A DNA stretch of 63,571 nt from Candidatus Moraniibacteriota bacterium (GCA_052034975.1 JBPOIA010000001.1:1-63571); one strand, 5' to 3'. Shown: positions 1-7,652, numbered from the stretch's first letter. Program-made: numbers and translations. The notes: generated by a model from the sequence alone, not told the origin.

Positions 1-7
1 AAAAGTA

Positions 8-40
8 AAAACGACACCATATTGGATGTCGTTTTTTACT
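8..40. terminator. bidirectional intrinsic terminator, probable end of the minus-strand tRNA operon
   Basis: Hairpin with arms at 11-19 and 23-32 (acgacacca / tggatgtcgt, one bulge). It is flanked by an A-run on the left and a T-run (32-37) on the right. Confidence 0.55.
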
Positions 41-43
41 TTT

Positions 44-117
44 CTGACCGGACGGGATTCGAACCCGCGACCTCTCGCGTGACAGGCGAGCTCTCTAACC
101 AACAGAGATCCCGGTCG
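44..117 (-). tRNA. tRNA-Asp (GTC)
   Basis: The reverse complement folds as a cloverleaf. Anticodon stem CTCGC/GCGAG with loop CTGTCAC, T arm GCGGG-TTCGAAT-CCCGT, discriminator G. In my hand fold 1:72 is a C.A mismatch and position 8 is G, so the ends are +/-2 nt. No encoded CCA. Confidence 0.8.
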
Positions 118-141
118 ATGTTTTGTATTCTCCTACATTAT

Positions 142-251
142 CCCGTTACACCCGTGTAGCAGGGGGCAGGATCGAACTGCCGACCTCAGCGTTATGAGTG
201 CTGCGCTCTAACCATCTGAGCTACCCTGCCATATGACAAGGGTGTAACGGG
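142..251. repeat. perfect 12-nt inverted repeat bracketing tRNA-Met
   Basis: cccgttacaccc at 142-153 is the exact reverse complement of gggtgtaacggg at 240-251. The tRNA occupies 157-230. Confidence 0.9.
157..230 (-). tRNA. tRNA-Met (CAT), elongator type; an Ile2 (lysidine) identity is not excluded
   Basis: Reverse complement GGCAGGGTAGCTCAGATGGTTAGAGCGCAGCACTCATAACGCTGAGGTCGGCAGTTCGATCCTGCCCCCTGCTA. It gives a 74-nt cloverleaf with anticodon loop CTCATAA and a paired 1:72 (G.U). Confidence 0.85.
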
Positions 252-333
252 ACAAGTCTGAGCTGCCTTATCCTCTCTCTTTTTACGTGTACGATGGCGA
301 AGTTCAGTACCTGTCACCAACTGAAAAAGATTG

Positions 334-407
334 TTGCGGGGGGTGGATTCGAACCACCGACCTTCTGGTTATGAGCCAGACGAGCTGCCAGACTGCTCTA
401 CCCCGCT
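334..407 (-). tRNA. initiator tRNA-fMet (CAT)
   Basis: The reverse complement AGCGGGGTAGAGCAGTCTGGCAGCTCGTCTGGCTCATAACCAGAAGGTCGGTGGTTCGAATCCACCCCCCGCAA is near-collinear with the E. coli initiator tRNA as I remember it. Position 1:72 is unpaired (A.A). Confidence 0.85.
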
Positions 408-483
408 ATAATGCATTATATACTATTTGGTGGGTGATCCATCAAAGTTCTTTGTCTGCCGACAGGGAACTTGGAAACCCATG

Positions 484-557
484 TGGGTGATCGTGGACTC
501 GAACCACGGACCTCGACATTATCAGTGTCGCGCTCTAACCACCTGAGCTAATCACCC
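484..557 (-). tRNA. tRNA-Ile (GAT)
   Basis: The reverse complement starts GGGTGATTAGCTCAGGTGGTTAGAGC. Anticodon stem CGACA/TGTCG with loop CTGATAA, T arm CGTGG-TTCGAGT-CCACG, 74 nt. Confidence 0.9.
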
Positions 558-626
558 GAAAACCATCTTTCGTGACGGAAAATAGCACTCCGAATGGTAA
601 CACAAAAAGAAAAAGAATTCAAGGGC

Positions 627-702
627 TGGTGGACCCTATCGGATTCGAACCGATGACCTCCGCATTGCAAATGCGGCGCTCTACCAACTAAGCTAAGGGC
701 CC
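627..702 (-). tRNA. tRNA-Cys (GCA) with encoded CCA
   Basis: The reverse complement starts GGGCCCTTAGCTTAGTTGGTAGAGC. Anticodon stem CCGCA/TGCGG with loop TTTGCAA, T arm ATCGG-TTCGAAT-CCGAT. It ends ...GGGTCCACCA and is the only one of the five with a genomic CCA. Confidence 0.9.
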
Positions 703-718
703 ATTTCCGAACTTGCCC

Positions 719-747
719 AGTATAGCGGAGAATGACTCGGATGTCCA
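719..747 (-). promoter_or_regulatory. sigma70-like promoter of the tRNA operon
   Basis: On the minus strand: TGGACA (747-742), 17-nt spacer, TATACT (724-719). It lies about 17 nt upstream of the tRNA-Cys 5' end. Confidence 0.55.
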
Positions 748-844
748 CCCCATATTGTGTGATATTTGGAAAAAAAGAAAGGCTCGTGTATACTGTGAAG
801 TGTTCTGATTTTTATGTGCCAAACGTGGCTTGAAACAGCCAGAG

Positions 845-873
845 TTGACACATAAAAAGACAAAATATACAAT
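845..873 (+). promoter_or_regulatory. sigma70-like promoter upstream of nrdD
   Basis: TTGACA (845-850), 17-nt spacer, TACAAT (868-873). This leaves a leader of about 150 nt before the nrdD ATG. Confidence 0.55.
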
Positions 874-1032
874 ATGTAGTATAGTATTATTGGTTTGTAG
901 CACTGGTTGTTTTTTCAGTACTTTCAGAGAAGGAGGGGAAGAATGGGAGGAGAGGGGCTCCAGGTCGGGCGCTTTTTTCTTTCTCCCGAAAACGCGGGAG
1001 CGTATAAAAAGTAATACACCAAAAAAGAGGAT

Positions 1033-3147
1033 ATGCCGGTATACAAGATTCAGAAGCGCAACGGAAGCATCGTCGATTTCGATCTGAAGAAGATCGAGAA
1101 TGCCATCGTGAAAGCCACCGAAGCGACCGGTAAGAAGGACGAAATCAAGACGGAAATGCTTGTCAAAGAGGTCCATTCCCAGCTTGATGAGAAATTCGAG
1201 GACCGTATCCCGACCGTGGAAGAGGTGCAGGATTTAGTGGAAGACGCACTCATTCAGTACGGTTATTCCGATATCGCCAAGGCGTATATCCTCTACCGCG
1301 AGAAGCGTCGCGAGATGCGCGAAGAAAAGAACGTCGTCGTGCAGGTGGAGAAGGCCATCACCGAATATTTGGAGAAGCTCGACTGGCGCGTGAACGCCAA
1401 CTCGAACCAGGGATATTCCTTGGGCGGGATGATCTTGAATACCGCCGGGAGTGTCATTGCCAATTATTGGCTCTCGCACATTTATCCGAAGAACGTAGGC
1501 GACGCACATCGGAACGGCGATTACCATATCCACGATCTCGATATGTTTTCGGGCTACTGCGCAGGATGGAGTCTTCGGGCGCTCCTCGAAGAGGGTTTCA
1601 ACGGAGTGTCGAACAAGATCGAATCCGCTCCGCCGAAGCACTTGTCTTCCGCCGTGTCGCAGATGGTCAACTTTCTCGGTACGCTTCAGAACGAGTGGGC
1701 TGGCGCGCAGGCATTTTCGAGCTTCGATACCTATCTCGCGCCGTTCGTGAAAAAATACGAGACGGAACTTTCCGCCGATGTCAAGAAATACGATATACGG
1801 TTTGCGTCCGACGAGGCGCGTCAGAAATATATCGACGATCAGACCTACGCGTACGTGTATCAGAATATCCAGTCGTTCGTCTTCAACCTGAACATCCCGT
1901 CGCGCTGGGGGACCCAGACACCGTTCACCAATATCACGCTTGATTGGGACTGTCCGGAGGATATGAGGGAAAAGCGCCTGCTTTTGGGCGGCGAACCGTT
2001 CGCTTACACGTTCGGTGAATTGCAGAAGGAAATGGATGTCATCAACCGAGCGTTCATCGCAGTGATGTCGAAAGGCGACGCCCGCGGCCGCACGTTTACG
2101 TTCCCGATCCCGACATACAACATCACGAAAAACTTCGAGTGGGAAGATCCGAAAAATTTGCCGCTTTTCGAGATGACCGCCAAATACGGCACGCCGTATT
2201 TCCAGAATTTCGTGAACTCCGATTTGAATCCCGGCGATGTACGCTCGATGTGCTGTAGGCTCCAGCTCGATCTGCGCGAGCTGAGGAAGCGCGGGGGCGG
2301 TCTCTTCGGTTCGGCTGAAATGACCGGATCGATCGGTGTGGTGACGATCAATGCCGCCCGCATCGGATATCTCTCGCGGGGCGACAAGGAAAAATTCCTG
2401 AAGCGTATCGAACATCTGATGGAACTGGCCAAGGTATCGCTCGAAATCAAACGCAAGGAGATACAGAAGTGGATCGATCGCGGTCTCTTCCCGTACACCA
2501 AGCGTTACCTCGGATATCTCAAGAATCATTTCTCGACGATCGGTATAAACGGTATCAACGAAGCGATCCGGAACTTCACCGACGATAAAGAGAACATCGC
2601 CACGCCGGAAGGACAGAAGTTCGCCGAAGAGTTGCTCGATTTTATGCGGGCGAAGATCAGTGATTTTCAGGAAGAGACCAAGAATTTCTACAATTTGGAA
2701 GCGACGCCGGCCGAAGGCACGACCTACCGTTTCGCCAAGGAAGATCGCAAGCGTTTTCCGGACATCCTGCAGGCCGGCACTGCCGAAGCGCCGTACTATA
2801 CCAATTCCTCGCAGGTGCCGGTGGGATACACGGACGACGTGTTTGAAGTGCTCAAACTTCAAGACAAGCTCCAAACCAAATATACCGGCGGAACGGTACT
2901 CCATTGCTATATGAATGAGCGTGTGAGTTCCGGCGAAGCCTGCCGCAAGCTTGTGCGGAGCATTCTTTCGAACTTTCGTCTGCCGTATATCACCATCACA
3001 CCCACGTTCTCCATCTGTCCCACGCATGGCTATCTGGAAGGCGAGCACGATTTCTGTCCGAAATGCGATCAGGAGCTCGGTATCGGCGGTGAAAGGCACG
3101 ATCAGGAGCTTCGGAAGAAGTATCAGAGCATAGCGGCGGAAAAATGA
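1033..3147 (+). CDS. nrdD: anaerobic (class III) ribonucleoside-triphosphate reductase, large part without the glycyl-radical domain
   Basis: 704-aa ORF with RBS aagagg. It has an N-terminal ATP-cone (VYKIQKRNGSIVDFDLKKIENAI), NrdD core motifs (GYCAGWSL, SMCCRLQLDL, TGSIGVVTINAARIG) and a C-terminal Zn ribbon (ICPTH...CPKC). There is no RVxGY motif before the stop. Confidence 0.93.
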   Translation: MPVYKIQKRNGSIVDFDLKKIENAIVKATEATGKKDEIKTEMLVKEVHSQLDEKFEDRIPTVEEVQDLVEDALIQYGYSDIAKAYILYREKRREMREEKNVVVQVEKAITEYLEKLDWRVNANSNQGYSLGGMILNTAGSVIANYWLSHIYPKNVGDAHRNGDYHIHDLDMFSGYCAGWSLRALLEEGFNGVSNKIESAPPKHLSSAVSQMVNFLGTLQNEWAGAQAFSSFDTYLAPFVKKYETELSADVKKYDIRFASDEARQKYIDDQTYAYVYQNIQSFVFNLNIPSRWGTQTPFTNITLDWDCPEDMREKRLLLGGEPFAYTFGELQKEMDVINRAFIAVMSKGDARGRTFTFPIPTYNITKNFEWEDPKNLPLFEMTAKYGTPYFQNFVNSDLNPGDVRSMCCRLQLDLRELRKRGGGLFGSAEMTGSIGVVTINAARIGYLSRGDKEKFLKRIEHLMELAKVSLEIKRKEIQKWIDRGLFPYTKRYLGYLKNHFSTIGINGINEAIRNFTDDKENIATPEGQKFAEELLDFMRAKISDFQEETKNFYNLEATPAEGTTYRFAKEDRKRFPDILQAGTAEAPYYTNSSQVPVGYTDDVFEVLKLQDKLQTKYTGGTVLHCYMNERVSSGEACRKLVRSILSNFRLPYITITPTFSICPTHGYLEGEHDFCPKCDQELGIGGERHDQELRKKYQSIAAEK

Positions 3148-3395
3148 TCCATTGTGATATAATTATGACTAATCAGCCTAAACAAAAACATATGTCGCAA
3201 GACGTGATGCAAGAGGGGGATATCAATGAGAAACGCACTCGGTGCGAAGTGTGGACCCGCGTGATGGGATACCACCGGCCGGTGTCGCACTTCAATATCG
3301 GCAAGAAGGCCGAGCATTATTCCCGCAAGCATTTTACGGAAACGGTCGCGGCGAACCATGAATTCTGCCAGAAGTACGAATTTGTAGCGTGCTGA
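3144..3395 (+). CDS. NrdD glycyl-radical C-terminal domain as a separate 83-codon ORF
   Basis: Contains RCEVWTRVMGYHRPVSHFNIGKKAEHYSRKHF, the RVxGY glycyl-radical signature. Its ATG overlaps the nrdD TGA (ATGA), and it is in the -1 frame relative to nrdD. Confidence 0.7.
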   Translation: MIHCDIIMTNQPKQKHMSQDVMQEGDINEKRTRCEVWTRVMGYHRPVSHFNIGKKAEHYSRKHFTETVAANHEFCQKYEFVAC

Positions 3396-3426
3396 GGGCT
3401 GAAAGGGTTTTTGAAAAAATTCTAAC

Positions 3427-3570
3427 CGCCTGCCGCAAACGATTTTCCGAGGAGACGCTCGTTTTTTCCGGCGAAAAACTCGCTCCGCGAAAACCTCATC
3501 GCCCGTCCGTACGGACGGGACCGAGCCGATTTGGTTTTCGAGCCTCCCCGGAAAATCTTTACGGCAGGTG
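3427..3570 (+). repeat. long imperfect inverted repeat (about 30 bp stem) enclosing two hairpins, in the nrdD-nrdG spacer
   Basis: 3431-3461 pairs with 3539-3566 (26 bp, 2 mismatches, 2 small bulges), plus 4 outer pairs (3427-3430 with 3567-3570). Inner hairpins are at 3463-3478 and at the perfect 18-nt palindrome cccgtccgtacggacggg (3502-3519). Confidence 0.7.
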
Positions 3571-3598
3571 TTTTGCTATCCTGATATTTCTTTGAAGT

Positions 3599-4306
3599 AT
3601 GATCATAAGCGGCATCCAGAAATTCACACTTCTTGATTTTCCGGGGAAAATCGCTTGCATTCTCTTTACCGGTGGATGCAATTTTCGCTGCGGTTTCTGT
3701 CATAATCCGGAATTCGTGCTGCCGGAAGAGCTTGCTAAGATAAGCAAGAGTTTTATTCCCGAACAGGCGGCGCTCAATTTTCTGAGACAGCGTGTCGGAA
3801 TGCTTGACGGCGTCGTTGTGACGGGCGGCGAGCCGACCATTCTGCCTGACTTGGAAGCGTTCATCGTGAAGGTCCGGAATCTCGGATTTTCGGTGAAGCT
3901 TGATACCAATGGCAACAAACCGGATGTTCTCTGTACGCTCGTTGAAAAGGGACTGGTCGAGTATGTCGCGATGGATGTGAAAACGAGTCTTTCGGAATAT
4001 CAAGCGCTTGTTGGACAGTGGGCGGATCAGAAGAAAATCGAAGAAAGTATTGAATTCCTCAAGCGAGGGATGGTCGAGTACGAATTCCGGACAACACTTG
4101 TCCGCGAAGTCCATACGAAGGAAATCCTCGAAGCGATGCGAGAGACACTGCGGGGCGCCAAACGTCTCTCTCTCCAGTCGTTCCGAAGCGACATCACGCT
4201 TGATCCTTTGTTTCGGCAATACCACCCGTTTTCGCCGGAAGAGATGCAAGACATCGCTCGGATGTTTTCGGAAAGCGTGGAAACGGTCGTTCTCCGTGAA
4301 ACGTGA
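3599..4306 (+). CDS. nrdG: anaerobic ribonucleotide reductase activating protein (radical SAM)
   Basis: Radical-SAM CxxxCxxC motif (CNFRCGFCHNPEF) plus VVVTGGEPT. The size and the position beside nrdD fit an activase. Confidence 0.9.
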   Translation: MIISGIQKFTLLDFPGKIACILFTGGCNFRCGFCHNPEFVLPEELAKISKSFIPEQAALNFLRQRVGMLDGVVVTGGEPTILPDLEAFIVKVRNLGFSVKLDTNGNKPDVLCTLVEKGLVEYVAMDVKTSLSEYQALVGQWADQKKIEESIEFLKRGMVEYEFRTTLVREVHTKEILEAMRETLRGAKRLSLQSFRSDITLDPLFRQYHPFSPEEMQDIARMFSESVETVVLRET

Positions 4307-4337
4307 AATACCGGCAGAGACCATTGTCCGATATCGT

Positions 4338-5126
4338 ATGAGAGGACGGAAATATCTTCTTGTAGCTGGATGTGCCTCCTTGTTTCTTGTGGCCGGCTTC
4401 ATTTGGCGGTCTTCGATAAAAGTTCCGCTGGTTTTGCAGGAACAACCAAAAGAACGGAATGTTCCAAAAGAGAGGGCGCTTCCGGAAGAAAAGAGAAATC
4501 TTCCCGAAGAATCAGCGCCTTCGGATATTTTGGAGACCACACCTCGACCGACAACTCTTTCTGGTGTGCCGTTTACGCCACAGGCGCCGTTCGGGGAATG
4601 GAACGACCCGATATTCCAAAACGGTTGCGAAGAAGCATCGCTTCTTATGGCAAGGTTTTGGCTTACGGGGGAGACGCTTGTCAAAGAAACGGCCAAGAAA
4701 GAAATTGCCGCCCTTTCGGGTTTTGAAGAAAAGACGTTCGGTCAGTCAGTCGATACGTCGATTGCCGATACGGAAAAGCTTTTTCGTGAATACTTTGGTT
4801 ATAATGCAACTAAGTTGCATTATGGGATAACCGTAAAGGATATCGAGGAAGCGCTTGCCCAGGGAAGATTAGTCATCGTTCCCGCCAATGGGCAGAAGCT
4901 CGGTAATCCGAATTTTCGGCATCCCGGCCCCCTGACGCATATGCTTGTCATTACCGGGTACGATCCGGAGAAAAAAGAATTTATCACGAACGATCCGGGT
5001 ACAAAAAATGGCCGCGGCTACCGGTATGACGAAGATGTCTTGTACGGGGCGATCCGCGATTATCCGACCGGAAACCATCTGCCGATCAAGGAAACCGTCA
5101 AAGCGATGCTCACGATAGGGAAATGA
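4338..5126 (+). CDS. membrane-anchored peptidase C39-like domain protein
   Basis: Start taken at the internal ATG after the nrdG stop. N-terminal TM helix (YLLVAGCASLFLVAGFIW). VPFTPQAPFGEWNDPIFQNGCEEASLLMA and THMLVITGYD resemble the Cys/His regions of the Peptidase_C39_2 family. Confidence 0.7.
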   Translation: MRGRKYLLVAGCASLFLVAGFIWRSSIKVPLVLQEQPKERNVPKERALPEEKRNLPEESAPSDILETTPRPTTLSGVPFTPQAPFGEWNDPIFQNGCEEASLLMARFWLTGETLVKETAKKEIAALSGFEEKTFGQSVDTSIADTEKLFREYFGYNATKLHYGITVKDIEEALAQGRLVIVPANGQKLGNPNFRHPGPLTHMLVITGYDPEKKEFITNDPGTKNGRGYRYDEDVLYGAIRDYPTGNHLPIKETVKAMLTIGK

Positions 5127-5180
5127 GCAATCAGAAGGACAAAGTGCTATACTGAAAGTATCATCTGTAGAAACTCAATT

Positions 5181-5513
5181 ATGGGACTTTTTTCCACTTT
5201 TTCAAAAAAACCGTCGCTGTCCGGAACAACAGGAAAACCGGTCAGTTCGTTCGGGAATATTCGTGGAAAGATTTCCCGTTTGGAAATAAAGAACGTGCAC
5301 CGTGATCTCGTCAGTCGGTTCGGGCGCACGAAAGGCGAACGCATCTATTCCGTGCTTCAGCCAAATATGGATCGCGAGCACGGTTTTGGGTCGTCGGGCA
5401 TTACGACCAGGGAAATGAGCGACGCAATCGAGAATATGGAAAAGAATCCATATGATGGTATCGACAAGGGCGATACGAAAAAGCTTCGGGACGTTTTGGA
5501 AAAGCGTTTGTAA
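5181..5513 (+). CDS. hypothetical protein (110 aa)
   Basis: The ORF has host-like codon usage and an extended -10-like TGcTATACT about 30 nt upstream. I recognise no domain. Confidence 0.5.
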   Translation: MGLFSTFSKKPSLSGTTGKPVSSFGNIRGKISRLEIKNVHRDLVSRFGRTKGERIYSVLQPNMDREHGFGSSGITTREMSDAIENMEKNPYDGIDKGDTKKLRDVLEKRL

Positions 5514-5549
5514 CGGTGAGTCTTGGACGGCCGATGAAGCCTCCTCGAC

Positions 5550-5578
5550 TTGACAAGATCGGTTTTTTCCGCTTTAAT
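5550..5578 (+). promoter_or_regulatory. sigma70-like promoter of the DEAD-box helicase gene
   Basis: TTGACA (5550-5555), 17-nt spacer, TTTAAT (5573-5578). Confidence 0.5.
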
Positions 5579-5667
5579 GAAAAATCTTATCTCTCGGCAT
5601 CTGTTGCCGATATTCCTTTTTGAGCCTTATCTCTCATACGAAGGAGGGTAAGGCTTACTATTTTTTA

Positions 5668-6879
5668 ATGACGCATATGTTCAAGAAAACTCACAAGCGG
5701 TTTTCGCATCGTCCCAAGCGCTCCTCCGGCGGACGGTTCACCAAACCGATGTCGAAGAAGGCGAAACTGGCCGTGAAAGAGATCGATTTCAGTCGTTTCG
5801 TAAAAAAGGCGATCGAGACCACCACGACGGAAACGTACAATCCAAAGCATCGTTTCGCTGATTTTGAGATGCACAGTCGGTTGAAGCAGAATGTCGCGGC
5901 ACGTGGCTATGTGCACCCGACGCCGATTCAAGACGGCGCTATCCCGCATATCCTGAAAGGGCGCGATTTGATCGGTATCGCCAATACCGGAACCGGTAAG
6001 ACGGCTGCATTCCTTCTTCCGCTCATCCACAAAACATTCAAACACCAATCGGAAAAGGTGCTTATCGTCGTGCCGACGCGCGAGCTCGCACTCCAGATCG
6101 AAGATGAGTTGCGCGTTTTCTCGCATGATTCGGGATTGCGATCCACGCTCTGTATCGGTGGCGCCCGTATTGATCAGCAGCTCCGCAGCCTCGCGCGCCA
6201 TCCGAGCTTTGTCATCGGTACGCCCGGGCGATTGAAAGATTTGGTAGAACGCAAGAAGCTGCATCTTTCGGAATTCGGCACGATCGTACTCGACGAAGTG
6301 GACCGGATGCTCGATATGGGATTCATCCGCGATATCAAGTATCTTGTGGCGCTGATGAAGACGCCGCGGCAATCGCTCTTTTTTTCGGCGACGATGCCGA
6401 AGGAGATCGCTGAACTATCCAAGAAATTCCTTTCCGATCCGGTAAGTGTTTCCGTCAAATCCCGCGCAACATCCGAAAACGTCGAGCAAGACATCGTGCG
6501 TGTCGCATCCGGTGAATCGAAAATCGAAACCTTGCACAATCTCCTTCTTCAGCCGGAATTGCGCAAAGTGCTCATCTTCGGTCGCACCAAGCGCGGCGTG
6601 GAGAAGCTGGCGCACCAGCTCGTGGAGCGTGGTTTCCAGGCTGATTCCATCCACGGCGATCGCTCGCAGTCCCAAAGGCAGCGTGCGCTCCGCCAGTTCA
6701 CCGCGGACGAGACGACGATACTCGTCGCGACGGACGTGGCCGCGCGCGGACTCGATATTCCGGACGTGACGCACGTCATCAACTACGAATTGCCGGAGAA
6801 TTACGAGGATTATATCCACCGTATCGGTCGCACCGGTCGCGGCAGCAAGAAAGGACACGCACTCACGTTCGTTGATTAA
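5668..6879 (+). CDS. DEAD-box ATP-dependent RNA helicase
   Basis: Q-motif region (FADFEMHSRL...GYVHPTPIQ), Walker A (NTGTGKTAAF), a DEVD variant of the DEAD box (VLDEVDRML), SAT, and HRIGRTGRG. Start taken at the first ATG after the GGAGGG RBS; the ORF-track TTG at 5620 is an alternative. Confidence 0.92.
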   Translation: MTHMFKKTHKRFSHRPKRSSGGRFTKPMSKKAKLAVKEIDFSRFVKKAIETTTTETYNPKHRFADFEMHSRLKQNVAARGYVHPTPIQDGAIPHILKGRDLIGIANTGTGKTAAFLLPLIHKTFKHQSEKVLIVVPTRELALQIEDELRVFSHDSGLRSTLCIGGARIDQQLRSLARHPSFVIGTPGRLKDLVERKKLHLSEFGTIVLDEVDRMLDMGFIRDIKYLVALMKTPRQSLFFSATMPKEIAELSKKFLSDPVSVSVKSRATSENVEQDIVRVASGESKIETLHNLLLQPELRKVLIFGRTKRGVEKLAHQLVERGFQADSIHGDRSQSQRQRALRQFTADETTILVATDVAARGLDIPDVTHVINYELPENYEDYIHRIGRTGRGSKKGHALTFVD

Positions 6880-6954
6880 AGCCTTTTTCCGTAGTACAGT
6901 GTATCTGCGCTTCTTTGATGAGTGCCTCTTTTCATCTTTTAGCGGATTTCGCGG

Positions 6955-7641
6955 ATGCATTTTGTACGGATCATCGAACAATGGGTGAGAGAATACGCCG
7001 TTTCGGTTCCGCTCGAATGGTTTGTTTTTCTCGGGTCGTTTGCGGAAGAAGTGATTAGTCCTATTCCCTCGGCGCTCATTATGGGGACGGCCGGATCGCT
7101 TGCGTTGATTCAGGGAAAGGCGTTTTGGTATGTCATTTGGCTTGCTGTCATCGGTAACGTAGGGAAGACTTTGGGTGCGTGGCTGTATTATGTTCTCGGT
7201 GACAAGCTCGAAGACTTACTCATCCGTCCGATCAATCGGCTGCTTGGCATCCGGCACGAGGAAATAGAGAATATCGGCAAGCGTTTTGTCGGCCATCATT
7301 GGAAAGACGGTGGCGTCTTGTTTTTCTTGCGACTCATCCCATTTTTTCCGGCGACACCGGTATCGCTCGCCTGCGGTATCATCAAGATGGATATCCGGGT
7401 GTATCTTCTTGCGACGTATGCGGGAAACTTTTTCAAGGATCTGTTCTATATTTACGTCGGGTATGCCGGTTTGGCCGCGTTTCACACGCTTGCTCGGAAA
7501 TTGGATCACGTGAAATTCGGCATCGATGTCTTGGTCGGCATCGTGATCATAGCATTCCTCTTCTCGCTGTATATCCATCGCGGCCGCGGAAAAGAATGGT
7601 TTGAAAAAATATTTTCCATCGGTAAAAAAACCGATTCCTGA
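6955..7641 (+). CDS. DedA/SNARE-associated (VTT domain) membrane protein
   Basis: Multi-TM protein. The FLGSFAEEVISPIPSALIM and LRLIPFFPATPVSLACG patterns are typical of the DedA family. Confidence 0.75.
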   Translation: MHFVRIIEQWVREYAVSVPLEWFVFLGSFAEEVISPIPSALIMGTAGSLALIQGKAFWYVIWLAVIGNVGKTLGAWLYYVLGDKLEDLLIRPINRLLGIRHEEIENIGKRFVGHHWKDGGVLFFLRLIPFFPATPVSLACGIIKMDIRVYLLATYAGNFFKDLFYIYVGYAGLAAFHTLARKLDHVKFGIDVLVGIVIIAFLFSLYIHRGRGKEWFEKIFSIGKKTDS

Positions 7642-7652
7642 CGGTATTCCCT

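Noticed and set aside
867-882. Annotating the palindrome as a definite NrdR operator feature
   Set aside because: There is only one box, with 13 of 16 matches to a remembered consensus. No tandem partner and no nrdR gene are visible. It is left as a low-interest finding.
830-1087. 85-aa ORF across the nrdD promoter and leader
   Set aside because: It spans the promoter and runs into nrdD in another frame. Its composition is implausible (Cys/Phe/Arg-rich), and it has neither an RBS nor an ATG context.
1234-3099. 621-aa ORF on the minus strand
   Set aside because: It is exactly antisense to nrdD, whose identity is unambiguous. It is Arg/Gly/His-rich nonsense with no motifs, the typical shadow ORF of a gene with C/G-rich third codon positions.
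3144-3147. Alternative genetic code (UGA read as an amino acid, as in some CPR lineages), which would explain the nrdD break
   Set aside because: Reading through TGA in the nrdD frame does not reach the glycyl-radical motif, which is in another frame. TGA also terminates many well-defined genes here at conserved C-termini, with nine ATGA junctions.
3431-3566. MITE interpretation of the long inverted repeat
   Set aside because: I saw no target-site duplication at the ends (the flanks are complementary, not direct) and no second copy in this 63 kb. It is kept as one alternative in the finding, not as a mobile_element feature.
4008-4337. N-terminal 110 codons of track ORF 4008..5126
   Set aside because: It overlaps nrdG in another frame and reads as low-complexity Arg/Ser. 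The internal ATG at 4338 lies just after the nrdG stop and is followed by a TM helix. I trimmed similar 5' extensions for the track ORFs starting at 20944, 21931, 24396, 26010, 27577, 41513, 42340, 47148 and 58891.
3422-4696. 424-aa minus-strand ORF
   Set aside because: It is antisense to nrdG and to the C39-like gene, both of which have clear motifs. The same reasoning applies to the long antisense ORFs at 23242-24366, 30604-31758, 52594-53745, 55434-56366 and 60052-60978.
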